A stretch of 64,000 nucleotides of DNA from a virus. Taxonomy: Duplodnaviria; Heunggongvirae; Uroviricota; Caudoviricetes. Under the pieces are notes generated by a model, which worked only from the letters and a program-made list of their open reading frames with translations, did no database searches and had not been told where the DNA came from. Position 1 is the stretch's first letter; the number at the start of each line of letters is the position of its first letter. The stretch is from the IMG/VR virus record IMGVR_UViG_2778261375_000003; one strand, given 5' to 3'. The translations under genes and the position numbers were made by a program. Below are positions 19,398 through 30,328 of this stretch, piece after piece.

Positions 19398-19773
19398 GCT
19401 GGTTATTGTTGCCTTCTTTGTTACCGTCATCGGTTCTTTTATCTGGTCTGCCGGGCATTACTACAGCAAATATCAGCACGAAAAGGAGCGCGCTGATGAG
19501 GCTGTACGAAATGCTGAATCTGCAACAGCCATTACCAGTAACGTCCTGCAATCACTGCAAATCATCAATACAGTTATAGAGGCTAACCAGCATGCAAAAC
19601 AGCAGATCGCACTGGAGTCACAGAGAACCCAGGAAGATATCAAAGTGGCTGTTGCGGATGATGATTGCGCTGTTCGTGTTGTTCCTTCTGGCGCAGTTAA
19701 GCGGTTGCACGAATACGCGAACGGTATACGTGTCGGTGCCGGTCATTCCGTTACCAGCAAGTCTGACGGCTGA
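19381..19773 (+). CDS. Rz-like i-spanin
   Basis: 130 aa; N-terminal TM helix then coiled-coil periplasmic domain; immediately after endolysin. Confidence 0.7.
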   Translation: MKLRYKLVIVAFFVTVIGSFIWSAGHYYSKYQHEKERADEAVRNAESATAITSNVLQSLQIINTVIEANQHAKQQIALESQRTQEDIKVAVADDDCAVRVVPSGAVKRLHEYANGIRVGAGHSVTSKSDG

Positions 19774-19936
19774 AACACCCCAGCCAGATTTACCCGACCC
19801 GTTTACGTGGGGAGCCAGCCTTAACCTGAATGTTGCGTTGTTGTCAGCGTTAGCACAGTGCAACAGGGATAAGGCTGATATCAGGACTTTTGAGAAAAAC
19901 AGGGCAGCACAAACCAATGGCACGATTAAACGTTGA
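19658..19936 (+). CDS. Rz1-like o-spanin lipoprotein (overlapped architecture)
   Basis: +1-frame ORF starting inside Rz; lipobox LAQLSGC; proline-rich mature part; extends past the Rz stop. Confidence 0.6.
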   Translation: MMIALFVLFLLAQLSGCTNTRTVYVSVPVIPLPASLTAETPQPDLPDPFTWGASLNLNVALLSALAQCNRDKADIRTFEKNRAAQTNGTIKR

Positions 19937-20102
19937 AGTTATCCCACCAGACAGCGAAACGATGAACGGGATTTTTGCAGAGATTGAACGTAAATATGCG
20001 CATCAGCCGATGACGCCAAAAGTTATCGATGAAATGCAACGCGAAGCGGCGCGCCTTGTAAGGCGAGCGACAAACACGAAGGTTACGTTTGTTCGGGACT
20101 GA
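19917..20102 (+). CDS. Hypothetical small protein
   Basis: 61-aa ORF from MARLNVEV between spanins and terminase. Confidence 0.4.
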   Translation: MARLNVEVIPPDSETMNGIFAEIERKYAHQPMTPKVIDEMQREAARLVRRATNTKVTFVRD

Positions 20103-20159
20103 CATTACAGAAGCTCCTTTGATAAGGGGCTTCGATAATGTCACTAAGAGGAAAAATTC

Positions 20160-20909
20160 ATGGCAAAACCGGACTGGGAGGCCATCGAATCGGCATACCG
20201 GGCCGGAGTCCTTAGCCTCCGTGATATAGGTGAGAAATACGGCGTAACAGAAGGGGCTATCAGGAAGAGGGCTAAAAAGCTTGGTTGGGTACGCAGTGGC
20301 GGTACGCAGGTTTGCAAAAATGGTACGCAAAAAAGAAAAGTGCGTACCAGCAGAAAGCCTGCTATTACTGGCCCTACACAAAAAGGTACGCAACCAAAAA
20401 CAGAACCTACACCGGATACGAAACCGATACGCGGAATGCGTACCAATCCCCCGACTAACCCATTCCAGCCCGGTAACCAGCAGGCATTAAAACACGGTGG
20501 TTATGCCCGTCGCCTTCTGCTCAAAGATGAGGTGATAGAGGACGCTAAAGCGTTGACGCTCGAGGACGAATTATTTCGCCTTCGTGCTAACAACCTTGTC
20601 GCTGCAGAGAATATTGGTCGGTGGCTGGTGTCGCTGGAAGATGCTAATGGGGACCAGGAAAGGAAGATGCTGATGGAAAATATCAGCGCCGCCGAGAAAG
20701 CAATGATGCGCAATACAGTTCGTATTGAGTCCATCGTTGGCACGCTTGCGACGGTAGGAAAAATATTTGCTGATACAGCCTACCGCAAGGCCGCTACTGA
20801 TAAGGTGTCTCTGGAGGCTGATCGTCTTCGCCGTGATGCAGGTATTGATGATGGCAATGGAGAGCGTGACCTCAATGACTTCTACTCTGACATCCAAACC
20901 GACGCTTAA
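20160..20909 (+). CDS. Terminase small subunit (HTH type)
   Basis: N-terminal HTH (LSLRDIGEKYGVTEGAIRKRAKKLGW), basic low-complexity linker, directly upstream of terminase large subunit. Confidence 0.7.
   Translation: MAKPDWEAIESAYRAGVLSLRDIGEKYGVTEGAIRKRAKKLGWVRSGGTQVCKNGTQKRKVRTSRKPAITGPTQKGTQPKTEPTPDTKPIRGMRTNPPTNPFQPGNQQALKHGGYARRLLLKDEVIEDAKALTLEDELFRLRANNLVAAENIGRWLVSLEDANGDQERKMLMENISAAEKAMMRNTVRIESIVGTLATVGKIFADTAYRKAATDKVSLEADRLRRDAGIDDGNGERDLNDFYSDIQTDA
20288..20444. repeat. GGTACGCA / TGCGTACC octamer array inside small-terminase gene
   Basis: Direct copies at 20288, 20301, 20322, 20385; inverted copies at 20341, 20437; encode repeated GTQ tripeptides in the linker. Confidence 0.8.
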
Positions 20910-22278
20910 TCCGGCTTTACGTAGTTTCTGGACTACGCGGGCACGTAACAAAGTGCTTTATGGTGGCCGGTCATCGTCAAAATCATGGGATGCCGCTGGC
21001 ATTGCCATATTTCTGTCGAATAAATACACCCTGCGTTTTTGTTGTGCCCGTCAGATCCAGAATAAAATCGAAGAGTCGGTGTATACCCTGCTCAAAATTC
21101 AGATAGACAGGTTTGGCCTGCGGCACCGTTTCCGGATTCTGAACAACAAAATCATTAACCGGGTTACTGGCTCGGAATTTGTTTTTTATGGATTATGGCG
21201 CAACATCGAAGAAATTAAGTCACTGGAGGGGATCGATGTGTTGTGGCTGGAAGAAGCCCACGCACTGACGGAATACCAGTGGAAAATTCTGGAGCCAACG
21301 ATCCGTAAAGAGGGTTCGGAATGCTGGTTCATATTCAACCCCGGACTTGTTACTGATTTCGTCTGGCGCAACTTCGTTGTTGATCCGCCCGAAGGCACTC
21401 TCATCCGCAAAATTAACTATGACGAAAATCCGTTTCTGTCTGACACCATGCTTAAGGTTATCGACGCGGCGCGACGCCGTGATCCGGATGGTTTTAAACA
21501 TGTGTATGAGGGCGTTCCGGAGTCTGATGATGATGCGGCAATCATCAAACTGTCCTGGATAGAAGCCGCAGTGGATGCGCACAAAACGTTAAATTTCGAA
21601 CCCAGTGGAAGAAAGCGTATTGGCTTTGACGTGGCTGACAGTGGTACAGATAAGTGCGCTAACGTTTACCGTCACGGATCCGTTGTTTTCTGGGCCGACG
21701 AATGGAAGGCCAAAGAAGATGAATTACTGAAGAGCTGCCAGCGTACTTATCAGGCGGCGCTGGAGCGTGAAGCAGATATTGTTTACGACTCTATCGGTGT
21801 TGGTGCGTCTGCCGGTGCTAAATTCTCTGAAATTAACGCTGACCGGAAGAGCGAGAATGCATACGCGCGACGTGTGAATTACCAGAGGTTTAACGCCGGT
21901 GCTGGTGTGCATGAGCCAGATGACGAATACAACGGCATCCCCAACAAAGACTTTTTCGCAAATCTTAAGGCTCAGGCATGGTGGCTGGTGGCTGACCGTT
22001 TCAGAAATACGTTTAACGCCATTAACAACGGAGAACAGTATCCTGTGGATGAGCTGATCAGCATAGATTCTCGTTGTCCGTTGCTTGAAAAGCTGAAACT
22101 GGAACTGACAACACCTCATCGTGATTTCGACCGTAACGGACGTGTGATGGTCGAAAGTAAAAAAGACCTCGCAAAACGCGAGATACCGTCACCAAACGTT
22201 GCTGACGCATTCATTATGGCCTTCGCGCCAATTGATACATCGCTGGATATCTGGGAACAGCTGGGGAGACAGGCCTGA
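20848..22278 (+). CDS. Terminase large subunit
   Basis: About 475 aa, directly after the small subunit; ATPase-like N-terminal half and acidic nuclease-like C-terminal half; start (20848/20851/20857) uncertain. Confidence 0.8.
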   Translation: MMAMESVTSMTSTLTSKPTLNPALRSFWTTRARNKVLYGGRSSSKSWDAAGIAIFLSNKYTLRFCCARQIQNKIEESVYTLLKIQIDRFGLRHRFRILNNKIINRVTGSEFVFYGLWRNIEEIKSLEGIDVLWLEEAHALTEYQWKILEPTIRKEGSECWFIFNPGLVTDFVWRNFVVDPPEGTLIRKINYDENPFLSDTMLKVIDAARRRDPDGFKHVYEGVPESDDDAAIIKLSWIEAAVDAHKTLNFEPSGRKRIGFDVADSGTDKCANVYRHGSVVFWADEWKAKEDELLKSCQRTYQAALEREADIVYDSIGVGASAGAKFSEINADRKSENAYARRVNYQRFNAGAGVHEPDDEYNGIPNKDFFANLKAQAWWLVADRFRNTFNAINNGEQYPVDELISIDSRCPLLEKLKLELTTPHRDFDRNGRVMVESKKDLAKREIPSPNVADAFIMAFAPIDTSLDIWEQLGRQA

Positions 22279-23744
22279 TGGCACGAAACAAGCAAGCCCT
22301 GCGAAGAACTGCGCAGGCCACAGCTGATGGTTATGAGAATTTTATTGCCCGCGTAGGGATGCAGACACCTAACCAGCACTCAGCATCCACCTACCGGGCT
22401 AATTTCACCAGTCGTAACCGCATGCTGGTGGAATGGTCCTATCGTTCATCCTGGATCATCGGCGAAGCAGTCGATGCTATCCCGGATGATATGACCCGCA
22501 AAGGCATTCGCATCACTTCGGAAATTGATGCAAAAGATCGTGGCATTCTCGAATCACAACTGGATGAGTTGCAAATCTGGGATGCGCTGAATGACGTGCT
22601 GAAATGGTCGCGCCTCTACGGCGGCGCGGTGGGTTTCATCATGATTGAGGGGCAGGCACCAATGACCCCGCTGCGACCCGAAACCATCGGTAAGGGCAAG
22701 TTTAAGGGGATTCTCCCGCTCGACCGCTGGATGATTGACCCGGTACTGACCCGCCGCATTAAAGATATGGGGCCGGACCTGGGTAAACCTGAGTTTTACG
22801 ATGTGGTGACCACAGCAACGGGAATTCCTGCCTGGCGCATTCATCACAGTCGACTGATTCGCTTTGATGGCGTCACGCTGCCATTTCAGCAGAAGATGAC
22901 CGAGAACGAATGGGGAATGTCGGTTGTAGAGCGTATCTGGGATCGTCTTACCGCGTTCGACAGCGCTACTGTCGGCGCGGCGCAGCTGGTCTACAAAGCG
23001 CATTTGCGCACCTACAGCGTGGAGAAGCTACGCGAGCTTATCGCACTTGGTGGTCCTGCGTATGAAGCGTTGCTGAAGAATATTGACCTGATTCGACAGT
23101 TCCAGAGCAATGAAGGCATGACGCTCATGGACTCGCGGGATAAGTTTGAAACCCATCAGTACAGCTTCAGTGGTCTGGATGACATCCTTTCACAGTTTGC
23201 AGAACAGATTAGTGGCGCTGTTGGTATCCCACTGGTGCGGTTGTTCGGACAGTCCCCGAAGGGATTTTCTACCGGCGATGCAGACCTTGCCAACTATTAC
23301 GACCGGGTAAGCTCGTTACAGGAGAGGCGTTTACGTCTTCCGGTGCGGCGGATACTGGACATCATGCATCGTTCGGAGCTTGGCAAGCCGCTGCCGGACG
23401 ATTTCACGTTTGAGTTTAACCCGCTCTGGCAAATGTCTGATGTCGATCGCTCAACGGTGGCGTTAAACACTACCAACGCAATCAGTACGGCGCTGGGTGA
23501 TGGTCTGATGACACTGAAAGCCGCTATGACTGATTTGCGCGAAAATTCTGACGTAACCGGCATCGGGGCATCCATTACCGACGAGGACATCGAGAATGCC
23601 GAAGATGAAGCGCCGCCCGGCATCGGCGAACCTGATGACGAACCGCAGGAACCGTCAGGCGGAAATCCGCTATCGAACCAGCCTACGCAGGATAGCGCGG
23701 GCGGTCGGAGACATCGTAAATGGTCGCTACGATGGTTCAAATGA
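22278..23744 (+). CDS. Portal protein
   Basis: 488 aa after terminase large (ATGA overlap); acidic C-terminus. Confidence 0.75.
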   Translation: MARNKQALRRTAQATADGYENFIARVGMQTPNQHSASTYRANFTSRNRMLVEWSYRSSWIIGEAVDAIPDDMTRKGIRITSEIDAKDRGILESQLDELQIWDALNDVLKWSRLYGGAVGFIMIEGQAPMTPLRPETIGKGKFKGILPLDRWMIDPVLTRRIKDMGPDLGKPEFYDVVTTATGIPAWRIHHSRLIRFDGVTLPFQQKMTENEWGMSVVERIWDRLTAFDSATVGAAQLVYKAHLRTYSVEKLRELIALGGPAYEALLKNIDLIRQFQSNEGMTLMDSRDKFETHQYSFSGLDDILSQFAEQISGAVGIPLVRLFGQSPKGFSTGDADLANYYDRVSSLQERRLRLPVRRILDIMHRSELGKPLPDDFTFEFNPLWQMSDVDRSTVALNTTNAISTALGDGLMTLKAAMTDLRENSDVTGIGASITDEDIENAEDEAPPGIGEPDDEPQEPSGGNPLSNQPTQDSAGGRRHRKWSLRWFK

Positions 23745-24369
23745 CAGTATCACGGAAATTATTGAGGCGCTGGAACGCTACAGTGAAATCATCACCCCCT
23801 GGGCGACAAAGGTCGCGGAAAACTTTACCGCCGATATTGTGCGCAAGAATGATGAGCAGTGGCGTAAACACAGCAAAACCATCAGCCGTGAGCTACGCAA
23901 TCTGGTAAACAGTGCCCCGCCAGGGCAGGTGATGAAATCCATCGTTGCTGAACAGGTTAAGTACATTAAATCGCTACCCCTCGAGGCGGCTGACAGGGTG
24001 TACGACATCCAGAATCGGGCGATTGAAGCTGTTGTGACCGGTGGGAGAGCGGAACATTTTGCTAAAGAAATAGCCGCATCGGGTGATATAGCAAAGTCCA
24101 GAGCTGACCTGATTGCCCGTACTGAACTTGGACGTGCAACCGGCGCGCTGGATCAGGCGCGTGCGCTGGCAATTGGTTCGAATGGTTATATCTGGCGTAC
24201 AGCCGAAGATGGTGACGTCAGGCATTCTCATCGGGAAATGGAAGGTAAATTTGTCGAATGGGGCAAACCTCCAACGCTTGATGGCATGACCGGTCACGCT
24301 GGCGAGCTCCCGAATTGTCGCTGTTATAAAGAAATCGTTTTTCCCACCTCCCATTCTTATCCCGCCTGA
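23596..24369 (+). CDS. Head morphogenesis protein (Mu F / SPP1 gp7-like)
   Basis: Follows portal; C-terminal ...HSHREMEGKFVEWGKP...NCRCY typical of the family; annotated start overlaps portal by about 150 nt, true start uncertain. Confidence 0.6.
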   Translation: MPKMKRRPASANLMTNRRNRQAEIRYRTSLRRIARAVGDIVNGRYDGSNDSITEIIEALERYSEIITPWATKVAENFTADIVRKNDEQWRKHSKTISRELRNLVNSAPPGQVMKSIVAEQVKYIKSLPLEAADRVYDIQNRAIEAVVTGGRAEHFAKEIAASGDIAKSRADLIARTELGRATGALDQARALAIGSNGYIWRTAEDGDVRHSHREMEGKFVEWGKPPTLDGMTGHAGELPNCRCYKEIVFPTSHSYPA

Positions 24370-24383
24370 ATCGCAGGTAACAC

Positions 24384-25604
24384 ATGAAATATTTTTTCAA
24401 TACCCGGCTGGGGGAAACCCGCTATCAGCTGGCTGACGGCTCGTTGCTGTGCAAAGACGTGCCGATAGGACGAACAGGTAAGCAGCTCTATGGTGCTGAT
24501 GACCTGCCAAAACTGAAACCCGATAAGTTCGGTGAAATAGTCGTCACGCGTTCTCCTGAGCAGGTATTCCATCCCGCCACGCTTGCCTCATTCGAAGGAA
24601 TGAGTATCACGGTGTTGCATCCCGAGGATGAAAACGGGGATGTGCGGCTGGTGAATCCAGAGAACTGGAAAGAGCTCGCGGTCGGGCATCTTCAGAATGT
24701 CCGGCGCGGGACGGGTGTGCAGTCTGATTTGATGCTGGCTGACCTTATCGTCAAAGACGAAAACGCCATTCAGCTGATCGAAGATGGCCTGCGCGAAGTG
24801 TCGTGTGGCTATGACGCGGAATATAAGCAGACTGAGCCGGGTAAGGCTGAGCAGGTTGATATTACCGGAAACCATGTGGCTCTTGTCCCTAAAGGCAGAG
24901 CCGGAAATCGTTGTGCAATTGGAGACAGAGACACAATGGCAAATCAAAAGAAAAGCTGGTGGACCCGCATGCGCACGGCCATCAAAACGGGTGACGCTGA
25001 CACCATGAACGAACTGGTGGAGTCGGCTCCCGCATCGGTTACAGGAGATGATGGGGATTTGCCGCAGGGCGTTAATCTCAACATCAACCTGTCCCCGCAG
25101 CAACCACTACCGGACAAAGCACCAGAGATGGGTGGAGATCCAACCGGCGACAGTGATGATGACCTCAAAACATTACTGAAAGCCCTGCTGGCTAAGCTGG
25201 AAGGAAATGCGACGGGCGATAACGATAATAAGCCTGACGATAATCCGATCGGTGATGGCGAGGATGATGAAGAGGAAACCACGATTACTGGTGACTCAGC
25301 CTGGCGTGCCGAAGTTATCGTTCCGGGTATCGATCTGAGCCGTAAGATGAAACCGACCGCGTTCAAACGCGAGGTTCTGGCTTCCGCTGACAAAACGCTG
25401 GTTCGCCAGATAGTCGGTGATGCGGATATCCGCAAATTACCGAAACAATCGGTCAACATGGCGTTTAATGCCGTGTCTGAGATTGCCAAAGGGCGAAACA
25501 CCCGCGCCACCACCGGCGATGCACAGCGCCCAAATATGGGCATGACCAGTATCGCTTCCCTGAACAAACAAAACGCTGAATTCTGGGCAAACCGTAAAGG
25601 GTAA
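24384..25604 (+). CDS. Putative prohead protease/scaffold protein
   Basis: 406 aa between minor head protein and capsid; acidic low-complexity middle, helical C-terminus. Confidence 0.5.
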   Translation: MKYFFNTRLGETRYQLADGSLLCKDVPIGRTGKQLYGADDLPKLKPDKFGEIVVTRSPEQVFHPATLASFEGMSITVLHPEDENGDVRLVNPENWKELAVGHLQNVRRGTGVQSDLMLADLIVKDENAIQLIEDGLREVSCGYDAEYKQTEPGKAEQVDITGNHVALVPKGRAGNRCAIGDRDTMANQKKSWWTRMRTAIKTGDADTMNELVESAPASVTGDDGDLPQGVNLNINLSPQQPLPDKAPEMGGDPTGDSDDDLKTLLKALLAKLEGNATGDNDNKPDDNPIGDGEDDEEETTITGDSAWRAEVIVPGIDLSRKMKPTAFKREVLASADKTLVRQIVGDADIRKLPKQSVNMAFNAVSEIAKGRNTRATTGDAQRPNMGMTSIASLNKQNAEFWANRKG

Positions 25605-25607
25605 AAA

Positions 25608-26114
25608 ATGAATAATGTATTTCTGTACCGGATGCCTGTTGGCATTGCCGGGGCTGTCTCTCGTCCGCAGGACTTAACCGTCGAACCGGTGGTCCTTAAA
25701 TCCGATAACGCCTTTGCTGCCTATGGGCTGGCTGGTAAATACGATGATGACGGTTTTTTCGTGCCGCTGGCAGATGGTGATACCGCAGACAAGGTGAAGG
25801 GGATCTATGTGCGCCCTTATCCGACCACTTCGCAGCCGGACATGGTTCGCCAGGTGGGGAGTGGCAAGAACTTCCCTGGCGACGCCATGAAGCGTGGCTA
25901 CGTGACCGTTAATCTCGGTTCTGATTTTGATGCCAGCACCATCAAAAAAGGCGACCCGGTATACGTTGTCGTCTCCACTGATGAATCCATCAAAGTGCCG
26001 CTGGGTGGATTCATGTCCACGTCAGTCAGTGGCAAAAATGTGGTGCTGACCAACGCTGAATTCACAGGTGCCGGTGATGCTGACGGCAATGCAGAAATTT
26101 CCTGGAAGATTTAA
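25608..26114 (+). CDS. Head-associated hypothetical protein
   Basis: 168 aa immediately upstream of major capsid gene. Confidence 0.4.
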   Translation: MNNVFLYRMPVGIAGAVSRPQDLTVEPVVLKSDNAFAAYGLAGKYDDDGFFVPLADGDTADKVKGIYVRPYPTTSQPDMVRQVGSGKNFPGDAMKRGYVTVNLGSDFDASTIKKGDPVYVVVSTDESIKVPLGGFMSTSVSGKNVVLTNAEFTGAGDADGNAEISWKI

Positions 26115-26125
26115 GGAACAGACGA

Positions 26126-27067
26126 ATGATTACTTTTGATCAGGCAACCGTTGACAGCTCTGGTGCCTTTCTCATCGGAGAGCTGGAGCGACTCGACCAG
26201 ACGCTGAACCTGCCACTGGTGGGGTACACCTGGACCCGCGATATTCAGTTGCGTGAAGATGTCTCTATCGCAGATGACATTTCCAGCTGGACGAATACCA
26301 GCTTCGCCGCTGCGGGTACTGGTGCAAATCCGAATGGCAAAAACTGGGTAGGCAAAGACTCAACCGCTATTGCTGGCGTAAACGTGGATATCGGCAAATC
26401 CGGTAACCCGCTGAACCTGTGGGGGATGGAACTTGGCTGGACGGTCATAGAATTGCAGGCTGCTCAGCAGGTCGGACGCCCGATCGATACGCAGAAGTAT
26501 GACGGGATGCAACTGAAATGGCAGATGGATAACGATGAACAGGTATATGTTGGCGATTCCGCATTAAACCTGAAAGGCCTTGTTACCCTGGACGGCGTGC
26601 CTGTCAACAACGCTGCCAAAACGTGGGCAACCTCAACACCGGACGAAATCCGCGCAAGCATTAACCAGGTGCTGTCTGATGCGTGGGCCGCTTCTGGTTA
26701 CTCTGTGGTCCCGCGTGATTTGCTGATCCCGCCTGAGCAGTTTGCTCTGTTGTCCAGCATCATCGTTTCATCTGCGGGTAACCAGTCCCTGTTGACGTAT
26801 CTTCAGACCAACACCATCAGCTATCACCAGAACGGTGTTCCGCTGAATATCCGCGCGGTTAAATGGCTGAAAGGCCGTGGTGTGGGGGATAAGGATCGCA
26901 TGGTTGCGTACACCAACGACAAGAAATACGTGCGCTATCCGCTGGTGCCGTTGCAGAGCGTTCCTATCCAGTATCGTGGTCTGTATCAGATTGCGACCTA
27001 CTACGGCAAGCTGGGTGCGGTTGAGCCAGTGTACAAAGAAACCATTTCGTACGTTGATGGCATTTAA
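26126..27067 (+). CDS. Major capsid protein (Mu gpT-like size)
   Basis: 313 aa in head module, after scaffold-like gene. Confidence 0.65.
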   Translation: MITFDQATVDSSGAFLIGELERLDQTLNLPLVGYTWTRDIQLREDVSIADDISSWTNTSFAAAGTGANPNGKNWVGKDSTAIAGVNVDIGKSGNPLNLWGMELGWTVIELQAAQQVGRPIDTQKYDGMQLKWQMDNDEQVYVGDSALNLKGLVTLDGVPVNNAAKTWATSTPDEIRASINQVLSDAWAASGYSVVPRDLLIPPEQFALLSSIIVSSAGNQSLLTYLQTNTISYHQNGVPLNIRAVKWLKGRGVGDKDRMVAYTNDKKYVRYPLVPLQSVPIQYRGLYQIATYYGKLGAVEPVYKETISYVDGI

Positions 27068-27109
27068 CAGCCACATGGCCCCCTGGCGGGGGCCATTAAG
27101 GATGACCAG

Positions 27110-27331
27110 ATGGCAAAAAATAATGCAGTAATACACGTACATACCCCGTTTGTGCTCACGCTTCCCGACGGTTCACGGCGCGAGTTTGTTAAAGGCCGTC
27201 ATGCTGTGGAGGAAGACGTTGCCACGCACTGGTTCACTCGTGCGCACGCGGAAGTATCCGTTGGCAAAGCCACAGACGCGCGTAACGAGGTAAAAAATGC
27301 CAAAGAATCAAAGTCTGCCAGCGGTAAGTGA
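27110..27331 (+). CDS. Hypothetical small head-module protein
   Basis: 73-aa ORF after capsid gene. Confidence 0.4.
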   Translation: MAKNNAVIHVHTPFVLTLPDGSRREFVKGRHAVEEDVATHWFTRAHAEVSVGKATDARNEVKNAKESKSASGK

Positions 27332-27704
27332 TTTTCGCCGCGACTTCCCGCAGTTTGCTGACCCTGCCAAATATCCCGAAGCGCAAATCCAGTTTCGTCT
27401 GAATCTGGCCGATGAACTGCTGAGCGAAAACGTCACCGGAAAAAAGTTGTTTCCGTACTTTGCCGGGTTGTTCGTGGCTCACTACATGACGCTATGGGCG
27501 GCAGACAGCCGGGCGATGCTGGCTGGCGGGCCGGGCGGTTCAACCAATGGTGTTCAGTCCTCAAAGTCCGTGGATAAGGTAAGCGTCAGTTATGACACCA
27601 GCGCGACGCTGAATCCTGATGCAGGTTTCTGGAATAACACCCGATATGGCGCTGAATTTTATCAGTTGATCACGATGTTTGGTGCAGGCGGTCGCCAGCT
27701 ATGA
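27297..27704 (+). CDS. Head completion / connector protein (hypothetical)
   Basis: 135 aa in head-tail joining region. Confidence 0.45.
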   Translation: MPKNQSLPAVSDFRRDFPQFADPAKYPEAQIQFRLNLADELLSENVTGKKLFPYFAGLFVAHYMTLWAADSRAMLAGGPGGSTNGVQSSKSVDKVSVSYDTSATLNPDAGFWNNTRYGAEFYQLITMFGAGGRQL

Positions 27705-28255
27705 GCTTCAAAAGCGGTGTAACAACGAGGGTGGATAACGCTCAGGCCATTCTGGATGCGCTCAGGTCGCTAACCAAAAAGGATGTGCTGGTCGGCATCC
27801 CTTCGGAAGACAGCGAGCGTGAAGATGTTCCGTTTGGTAATGCCGGGATCGGCTATGTCAACGAACACGGCTCACCAGCGCAAAACATCCCCCCACGCCC
27901 GCACCTGACCCCCGGCGTTAAATCGGTAGAGGGACAGACAGTGCCGCAGCTCAAAGCAGCTGCGCAGGCTGCGCTTGATGGTAATGCGTCGGGTGCGGAA
28001 AGAGCGCTCAACCGTGCCGGAACGCTGGCCGCTAATGGCGTCAGGCGTTACATGACTATTACCGGCTTTACGCCGCTTGCTGACAGCACTGTTGAAGCCC
28101 GTGCACGTCGAGGGCGCAAAGGGGCAAAAGCGGAACTTGCGCGGCGCGCTGCTGGTGAGTCTCCTGGAACCGATCTGGTGAAACCGCTAATTGACACCGG
28201 ACAGTACCGCAGAGCTATTACCCATGTAGTGAGGGATAAAGATGCCGACTCTTGA
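27701..28255 (+). CDS. Phage structural protein (hypothetical)
   Basis: 184 aa, ATGA-coupled to neighbours. Confidence 0.45.
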   Translation: MSFKSGVTTRVDNAQAILDALRSLTKKDVLVGIPSEDSEREDVPFGNAGIGYVNEHGSPAQNIPPRPHLTPGVKSVEGQTVPQLKAAAQAALDGNASGAERALNRAGTLAANGVRRYMTITGFTPLADSTVEARARRGRKGAKAELARRAAGESPGTDLVKPLIDTGQYRRAITHVVRDKDADS

Positions 28256-28631
28256 TGTAACAGACGTGCTTTTTGACCCCGATTTTTGCGACTTCAACCT
28301 GTGGGTAACGCGTCGCGTGCAAACGGTGGACGATGACGGGATCGGCAGTGACAGCGAAGTTAAAACGCAGTTTGCCGGAGTTGTTACCGTTGACCGCTCC
28401 CTGGAGAACCGCCGTATGCAGTCCGGGCAAGTTATCAGTGGCGCGATTCTTATCGTGACAACTGAGCGACTGACGCAGGGACAGACTGGCCGTGATGCAG
28501 ATATCGTGACGTATCAGGGCCGTGATTATCGTGTGACCTTCGTCGACCCGTATACAGCTTATGGGGCCGGATTCGTTCAGGCGCATTGTGAGTTGATGCC
28601 GTTTGATGGGGGAATTCCGGTTGAGCAATAA
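28242..28631 (+). CDS. Phage structural protein (hypothetical)
   Basis: 129 aa in head-tail joining region. Confidence 0.45.
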   Translation: MPTLDVTDVLFDPDFCDFNLWVTRRVQTVDDDGIGSDSEVKTQFAGVVTVDRSLENRRMQSGQVISGAILIVTTERLTQGQTGRDADIVTYQGRDYRVTFVDPYTAYGAGFVQAHCELMPFDGGIPVEQ

Positions 28632-29169
28632 CACCAGCACAGAGCGCGGATGGCTGATACCAACCAGTGGCGATCCGGATTATGACGAAGCACTCGACAG
28701 GCTGTTAAGCCAGTGGATGCGTAACGTTTCCGGTCTGTCTGCCGGGATGGTTCGCCCGCGCTGGCAGAAAGAGCAGCCGCCACTGCTACCGGTTGAAACG
28801 AACTGGTGTGCGTTTGGGGTTATCGGATGGTCAGGTGATGACAGTCCGGCATTCACCAGACAGACCGATGATGGCTCTCAGCTCTGGCGGCATGAAACGA
28901 TTGAGTGTATGGCTTCGTTTTATGGTCCGGCGGGGATGGTGTATGCGTCCCGGTTTCGTGACGGTATATCTGTACCGCAGAACAATGCAGCACTGAATGC
29001 GCTGGGGCTGTCTCTTGGCGATTACACAGGTCTGACTCCCTTCCCTGAACTTATTAATCAGCAATGGGTCCGCCGCTACGATATGACGGTGCGTCTGCGC
29101 CGGAAGGTTGTGCGCGAGTACGGTATTAAATCGCTGGTGGAAGCACCAGTCATCTTTTTCGGAGATTAA
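28621..29169 (+). CDS. Phage structural protein (hypothetical), probable TTG start
   Basis: ORF overlaps previous stop; TTG at 28621 gives MSNNTSTERGW... Confidence 0.4.
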   Translation: MSNNTSTERGWLIPTSGDPDYDEALDRLLSQWMRNVSGLSAGMVRPRWQKEQPPLLPVETNWCAFGVIGWSGDDSPAFTRQTDDGSQLWRHETIECMASFYGPAGMVYASRFRDGISVPQNNAALNALGLSLGDYTGLTPFPELINQQWVRRYDMTVRLRRKVVREYGIKSLVEAPVIFFGD

Positions 29170-29172
29170 GCT

Positions 29173-30318
29173 ATGGCACAGGGCTTGCCTGTATCAAACG
29201 TTGTTAATGTTGATGTGATCATGTCGCCGCGTGCAGCATCAGGGCGAAATTTTGGTGCATTACTCATTCTCGGCCCGTCCACAATCATTCCGGTAAGTGA
29301 GCGCATTCGTCGTTATTCTGCCGCGGAAGATATTGGAAAAGATTTTGGCGTGGAATCACCAGAATATAAGGCTGCGCAGGTGTTTTTCTCACAATCACCG
29401 AAACCTCAGGAGGTTTTTGTTGGTCGTTGGGTGAAAACGAAGGGAGACAGCGAACAGGCCACGACTGAGACGCTGGAGCAGGCTGTGAATGCCATGCTCG
29501 ATTATACTTCATGGTATGGGTTGGGGATTGCAGACGATGCAGATATTCCGGATGCAGACTGGCTGAAAGTGGCTGCGGCGATCGAATCCTCTTCTGTAAG
29601 CCGTATTCTGGCGATTACGACAAGCGATGAGAAATGCCTGCAGACTGCATCCAGCGATGATTTGGCATCAAAACTGAAAACCGCCGGATATTCACGCAGT
29701 TTTATTCAGTATTCATCGGGTAATAAATACGCTGCGTTATCTGCATTTGGCCGGGCATTCACGGTTAATTTCAATGGCAGTAATACCGCGATTACGCTCA
29801 AGTTTAAGCAGGAGCCGGGTGTCGGGTATGAAACACTGACAGTCAGTCAGGCATCGGCACTTGATGCAAAAAACTGCAATGTGTTCGTGTACTACCAGAA
29901 TGATACAGCTATCCTCCAGCAGGGAGTGATGGCTAACGGCGATTTCTTTGATGAACGCCACGGCCTGGACTGGTTACAGAATTATGTGCAGACCAACCTC
30001 TATAACCTGCTTTATACCAGCACCACGAAAGTTCCCCAGACTGAAGCCGGTATTACCCGACTGTTATCAAATGTTGAAAAATCACTGGATCAAGCCGTTC
30101 AGAATGGACTGATTGCTCCGGGCGTATGGAACGGGGGCGACCTTGGCCAGTTGTCATCAGGTGACACGCTGCCCAAAGGTTATTACGTATACGCCCAGCC
30201 GCTGGATGAACAGGCACAATCAGAACGTGAAGCCCGTAAGGCTCCGGTGATTCAGGCTGCAATAAAACTTGCAGGCGCGGTTCATTACGCTGACGTACAG
30301 ATTAACGTTGTTCGCTAA
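29173..30318 (+). CDS. Tail sheath protein (contractile tail)
   Basis: 381 aa immediately upstream of tube, chaperone and tape measure genes. Confidence 0.6.
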   Translation: MAQGLPVSNVVNVDVIMSPRAASGRNFGALLILGPSTIIPVSERIRRYSAAEDIGKDFGVESPEYKAAQVFFSQSPKPQEVFVGRWVKTKGDSEQATTETLEQAVNAMLDYTSWYGLGIADDADIPDADWLKVAAAIESSSVSRILAITTSDEKCLQTASSDDLASKLKTAGYSRSFIQYSSGNKYAALSAFGRAFTVNFNGSNTAITLKFKQEPGVGYETLTVSQASALDAKNCNVFVYYQNDTAILQQGVMANGDFFDERHGLDWLQNYVQTNLYNLLYTSTTKVPQTEAGITRLLSNVEKSLDQAVQNGLIAPGVWNGGDLGQLSSGDTLPKGYYVYAQPLDEQAQSEREARKAPVIQAAIKLAGAVHYADVQINVVR

Positions 30319-30328
30319 GGGGAAGTGA

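Noticed and set aside
24588-25645. Minus-strand ORFs 24588-25103 and 24944-25645
   Set aside because: Antisense to the protease/scaffold gene within a unidirectional head operon; Ser/Pro-rich shadow frames.
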